Source of the DNA: an uncultured Chloroflexia bacterium
Lineage (GTDB): Bacteria; Chloroflexota; Limnocylindria; Limnocylindrales; CSP1-4
Assembly (NCBI GenBank): GCA_963720315.1
Contig: CAVRFC010000005.1
Span: 1,536,386-1,600,385 of the forward strand
Direction of reading: 5' to 3'
Length of the DNA stretch: 64,000 nt
The translations under genes and the position numbers were made by a program. Under the pieces are notes generated by a model. That model was given only the letters and a program-made list of their open reading frames with translations. It did no database searches and was not told where the DNA came from. Positions 60,051 to 64,000 of the stretch are shown here, piece by piece. How positions within the stretch are numbered: position 1 is the stretch's first letter; the number at the start of each line of letters is the position of its first letter.

Positions 60051-60416
60051 GGGCGCCGTGCCCCCAGTCTAGCGCTCCCGCCGGACAGGCTCATGCGCGG
60101 GTCGTCGCAGCGAGACCTGCCTCGCCGGCAGACGCCATAGGTCGCATGGCCGTCTGGAGTTGAGCGCGCGGATGCCATATACATTCGGATCCCGATCGAA
60201 GGGGCAGGAATGTCTCGGGAAGCGACGCCCTTAGCCCGTCCGCGAGGACCTGTTATTTACGAAGTAGATTGGCCTGAGCGTTGTGGCACAAGCGTGGAAC
60301 GGCGAGCGTAGGGCGCTCAGTTAGCAGGTCTTGGATTCAACCGGTCGCGAATGTCGACGAAGCTCCAGAGAATCCACGGAGACCCGCTGAGGGGAGACAC
60401 GCGGTCGTCGGGGCCT

Positions 60417-61028
60417 TCACGCTCGGGGCGCGGTCCTCAGCGCCAAGTCCACGAGCGTCTTGGCGGCTCGCCGGGCATCCGTGATTACCCCCACGTCGTC
60501 GCAGGAGGCTGCCAGCGCGTTGGCGCCCTCGAAGATCACGGCGAGTTGCCTGCCGAGGCTCTCCGGGTGGGCTGCTCCGGCCTCGGCGGCGGTGGCCACC
60601 AGGCGATCCCGGAAGGCTCGCTTGTGGCGCTGCGCGAGACGCGCGACTTCCGGGAGCTCACCGGCGCCCTCGACGACCGCGTTGTGGAAGGGACAGCCGC
60701 GGAAGGGATCCGCCGAGTCCCTCTCCAGGGCGGCGAATATCGCCAACAGTCGCCGAGCCGGGGTCAGATCTCCGCGCTCGAGCTCAGCTTCAGCAGCGAG
60801 CGGCCTCTCCGACTCGAACCGGCGAAGGTACTCCTCCACCAGCGCGTTCTTGGTCGGGAAGTGCACGTAGAACGTCCGAGGCGAGACGTGCGCAGCCTCC
60901 ATGAGCGCTGCGACACCGGTGGCGTGGATGCCCCGGGTGTAGAAGAGCTCCTCCGCCGCCTGCAGGATGCGTTCACGCGCGCCGCGCCCGCCGCGGACCA
61001 CCTCGGTCGTCGATGTCGGTGTACCCAT
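60417..61028 (-). CDS. TetR/AcrR-family regulator
   Basis: ARERILQAAEELFY..VSPRTFYVHFPTKNAL; FRGCPF. Confidence 0.9.
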   Translation of the reverse strand: MGTPTSTTEVVRGGRGARERILQAAEELFYTRGIHATGVAALMEAAHVSPRTFYVHFPTKNALVEEYLRRFESERPLAAEAELERGDLTPARRLLAIFAALERDSADPFRGCPFHNAVVEGAGELPEVARLAQRHKRAFRDRLVATAAEAGAAHPESLGRQLAVIFEGANALAASCDDVGVITDARRAAKTLVDLALRTAPRA

Positions 61029-61036
61029 GCTCGCAA

Positions 61037-61107
61037 GCATAGCGACCGCTTTACATCCGTCGCCGGGCCGTGTAGCTTTCGAAGCCAAGGTAAAGCGATC
61101 GCTTTAC
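61037..61107. promoter_or_regulatory. TetR operators between divergent genes
   Basis: Perfect palindrome GTAAAGCGATCGCTTTAC (61090-61107) and degenerate copy GCATAGCGACCGCTTTAC (61037-61054). Confidence 0.75.
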
Positions 61108-61136
61108 TTGGCTGGGTGAGGAGCAGCACAGTGACC

Positions 61137-62030
61137 ATGAGCTCGACCGACACACTCACGCACGACGTTTTCATCAATGATCCGCCGCCGCAGGAAAACG
61201 GCGCTCTTCCCAATGGCGAGCCGAGGAGCTTCCCGCCTCTCGCGAGCACCTTGATCTCGGGCGCCGAGGACGCCGTGCTCGTCGACCCGGGCTTCACGAC
61301 CGACCAGGCGCGCGTGTTGGGCGACTGGGTCGCCAGCAAAGACCGGAACGTAACGGACATCTTCATCACGCACGGCCATGGCGATCACTGGTACGCGAGC
61401 GGACAGTTGGCCGAGCGGTTCGGCGCACGCGTCGTGGCGACCGCGGGAACGATCGGCCAGATGCACGCCAGCGTCGCCGCTCGGCCGTTCGTCTGGGACA
61501 AGATCTACCGGGGCATTCCGCCGTCCCCAGTGACCGCGGTGACGGTGCCGGACAACCGGTTCACGCTCGAGGGTAAGGATCTCGTGATGGTCGACGTCGG
61601 GCACACCGACACCGCCGCGACCAGCGTCCTGCACGTCCCCGATCTCGGACTCGTCGTGGCCGGCGACGTCATCTACAACGGCGCCCACCTGTACCTCAGC
61701 GAGACCTCGCTCGCGGGCTTCGACACCTGGCGCCAGGCGATCGACCGTGTCGAGTCACTGGGCGCTCGCTCCATCGTGGCCGGCCACCAGAATTCGAAGC
61801 TCGACGACGATTCGGCACGCACGATCGCCGAGACGCGGGAGTATCTCGACGTCGCCGAGCAGCTGCTGAGCACCCAGAAGACCGCCGTCGACTACTTCAA
61901 CGCGATGGTCCAACGCTACCCGGATCGGCTCGGACGCACGGTCCTCTGGGCGACAGCTCAGGCTGTGTTCGGCATTCGTGAGCACCCCGACGAGGACCCG
62001 ATCCAGTTCATCGCCGGGGGCTGGCTGTAA
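61137..62030 (+). CDS. MBL-fold metallo-hydrolase
   Basis: THGHGDH, GHTD, AGDVIYN and AGH. Confidence 0.88.
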   Translation: MSSTDTLTHDVFINDPPPQENGALPNGEPRSFPPLASTLISGAEDAVLVDPGFTTDQARVLGDWVASKDRNVTDIFITHGHGDHWYASGQLAERFGARVVATAGTIGQMHASVAARPFVWDKIYRGIPPSPVTAVTVPDNRFTLEGKDLVMVDVGHTDTAATSVLHVPDLGLVVAGDVIYNGAHLYLSETSLAGFDTWRQAIDRVESLGARSIVAGHQNSKLDDDSARTIAETREYLDVAEQLLSTQKTAVDYFNAMVQRYPDRLGRTVLWATAQAVFGIREHPDEDPIQFIAGGWL

Positions 62031-62094
62031 CCGTCAGCCCGGCCTTGCGCGGAGACGGCGGCCTCCAAGGTTGCCTATTGGCGCTGGGCGACCC

Positions 62095-63066
62095 CTAGAC
62101 ACGGTTCGCAGTCGCTGACGTTGACGATCCACGCCAGACGGCACGGTACTCCTTCGGTGAGATGCCGATCCGCCGGTGAAAAGCCGCTCGAACAGATACC
62201 GGCGCGCCGAGTCCCGTCAGGCGGCCGATGTTCTCGACCGGCTCGGCGGTCGTCTCCAGGATCTCGCGCGCTCGATCGATGCGTGCGTCAGCGAGCCATG
62301 CCATCGGAGACACGCCCGTCTCCTCACGGAACCGACGGCTCAACGTTCGTCGAGACATGTGTGCCCGGGCCGCGAGCGTGCCGAGGTCGAGCGGAAGTGC
62401 AAGGTTTTCGAGCATCCAATCGCGAAGGGGGCCGAGTTGGTCGCCGCTCGCGTCTGGCATGAGCCGTTCGATGAACTGCGCTTGGCCTCCCTGACGCTGT
62501 GGCGGAGCCACAAGGCCGCGGGCTCGTGTGTTGGCGGCTGCGGAGCCGAAGTCACGGCGGATGAGGTGGAGGGACAAGTCGATCCCAGTGGTCACGCCAG
62601 CCGACGTGAGGATGTCGCCGTCGTCGACGAAGAGGCGGTTGGGCAACACGTCGATCCTGGGGTAGCGGCCCTGGAGCACAGCGGTCCACCGCCAGTGGGT
62701 CGTGGCGGGACGATCATCAAGGACACCAGCCGCGGCGAGGGCAAACGCGGCGGTGCAGATCGATACCAATCGGGCGCCCCGAACGTGTGCCGCACGTATG
62801 GCGTCGAGCACCGCGCCCGAGACGGTTGCGTCGACGTCCTCGTATCCCGGGATGATCACCGTCTGCGCGCGCTTGAGTCCCTCCAGCCCTGCGGGGGTGT
62901 TGACGGTCAACCCGGAATCAGGGAGCGACGCAGACCGACCTTCAGCGCATACGGTCAGACGGTAGTGCGGGTCGCGACCGAAGATCTCTGCCGCGATCCC
63001 GAGCTCCAGCGGGATGACGGCCGGCAGCGCAAGCACGGCAACGCGGTGGGGGCGCGCGGCGATCAT
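62095..63066 (-). CDS. GlxA-family AraC regulator with DJ-1/PfpI domain
   Basis: SICTAAF, ATTHW, TSAGVTTGIDL, GGQAQF and a C-terminal AraC HTH. Confidence 0.9.
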   Translation of the reverse strand: MIAARPHRVAVLALPAVIPLELGIAAEIFGRDPHYRLTVCAEGRSASLPDSGLTVNTPAGLEGLKRAQTVIIPGYEDVDATVSGAVLDAIRAAHVRGARLVSICTAAFALAAAGVLDDRPATTHWRWTAVLQGRYPRIDVLPNRLFVDDGDILTSAGVTTGIDLSLHLIRRDFGSAAANTRARGLVAPPQRQGGQAQFIERLMPDASGDQLGPLRDWMLENLALPLDLGTLAARAHMSRRTLSRRFREETGVSPMAWLADARIDRAREILETTAEPVENIGRLTGLGAPVSVRAAFHRRIGISPKEYRAVWRGSSTSATANRV

Positions 63067-63138
63067 GGCCCGATCATAGCGCTACGCGGCCGCCGGGCCA
63101 CTGTTGGTTCGAGCGCGATGTCCGTACGCTCGAGACAC

Positions 63139-63759
63139 ATGAACGACATCCTCGTGCTCCCTACGGGGGCGGTTGCCGACGCCAGCCTCGCAGCCGCGCG
63201 CTCCTCGGTGAGCCGGCCGATCGTCGACCACAGCATCCGGAGCTTCCTCTTCGCCCGCTTGCTGGCGGACCATCAGGGCTGTCTGGATGACGCCGACTAC
63301 GACGAGGACCTGCTCTTCGCCGCCACCGTCATGCACGATCTTGGACTCGGTGAGCGCGCGACAGGCGAGGCTCGTTTCGAGGTCGAGGGCGCCGATCTGG
63401 CCGCTGCCGTTCTCCGGGGGCAGGGCGTCGCCGAACGCGACATCGACCGGGTCTGGGAGGCGATCGCACTGCACGCGTCTCTAGGCATCGCTCACCGGCG
63501 CGGTCCGCTCACGTCCCTCACGCACAAGGGAGTCTTCGCCGATGCGGGCCGGATCACCGACGGGGTAGCGGACCGACTGCGCCAGGAGGTACTGGACGCC
63601 TATCCGAGACCCGCCGGAGACCGCTCCATCGCGGACGCCATCGTGGCCCACGCGACCCGTTCCGATGCGGCCGCGCCTCGCGGTTCGCTCGCGTTCGAAC
63701 TCCTTCGCCAACACCGAGAAGCCGAGCGCGCGCGAGTGTTGCGCCAGGAATCGACCTGA
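63139..63759 (+). CDS. HD-domain protein (cyanamide hydratase-like)
   Basis: HSIRSFLF, MHDLGL, RFEVEGAD and WEAIALH. Confidence 0.85.
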   Translation: MNDILVLPTGAVADASLAAARSSVSRPIVDHSIRSFLFARLLADHQGCLDDADYDEDLLFAATVMHDLGLGERATGEARFEVEGADLAAAVLRGQGVAERDIDRVWEAIALHASLGIAHRRGPLTSLTHKGVFADAGRITDGVADRLRQEVLDAYPRPAGDRSIADAIVAHATRSDAAAPRGSLAFELLRQHREAERARVLRQEST

Positions 63760-63774
63760 AAGGAGAGAACCGTC

Positions 63775-64000
63775 GTGGCCGACGAAACCGTAGAGCGCAA
63801 TCTCGAACGGATGGATGAGCTCGACTTCGCGGGTTGGAACGAAGCAGATTGGGAGGGTGCCTTCACCCGGTACCACGCTGAGGACGTGCTCGTTGACGTC
63901 CATGGGCAGGCTTCGACGCATGGCATTCGTGATCACATCGAGGCAATGAAGGCCTTCGTTGAGAGCACCGGTGGCGCGCCCCTCCAGGTCAAGTCCCATC
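63775..64000 (+). CDS. SnoaL-like ester cyclase, runs off the window end
   Basis: AAGGAG RBS; MADETVERNLERMDELDFAGWNEADW..HAEDV. Confidence 0.7.
   Translation, partial: MADETVERNLERMDELDFAGWNEADWEGAFTRYHAEDVLVDVHGQASTHGIRDHIEAMKAFVESTGGAPLQVKSH

Noticed and set aside
60246-60268. Minus-strand TTCGTAA..AGGTC resembling a tRNA-Thr(CGT) anticodon loop and variable region
   Set aside because: No pairing anticodon stem, T-loop or acceptor strand; too short to support

Overview
High-GC bacterial DNA, probably from a Chloroflexota (Limnocylindria-like) or actinobacterial genome; the taxonomy is inferred from gene content. Scattered 1-bp frameshifts look like long-read assembly errors. The window is an accessory or plasticity region of about 60 genes with no integrase, transposase, rRNA or CRISPR array. 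Recognisable modules are: a PLP enzyme-eda-kdgK sugar-acid operon end; XRE- and TetR-controlled MDR oxidoreductases; two ECF sigma loci; a DosS/DosR-like cluster with a USP, a Tat two-domain multicopper oxidase and a CoA-transferase; NDH-2; F420-type oxidoreductases; an S8 protease ending in three near-identical 381-bp repeats; a Cys-rich MerR with a DUF2652 cyclase-like target; a two-component system with a PDZ-less HtrA and MoxR/DUF58/VWA; a complete mannitol-type PTS operon; and a LuxR-ATPase flanked by hydrolases. Five non-coding or structural signals stand out. (1) Two copies of a tRNA-Gln-like 3' end resemble att scars (28.8 and 33.7 kb). (2) A tRNA-like element at 59.9 kb has intact acceptor, D and anticodon arms but no T-arm. 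(3) One DHFR-family gene is present as a gene-sized ~99% identical duplicate. (4) Several junctions fuse a promoter plus a short 5' gene stub to an unrelated gene. (5) Several operator sets can be read directly from the sequence and define small regulons.
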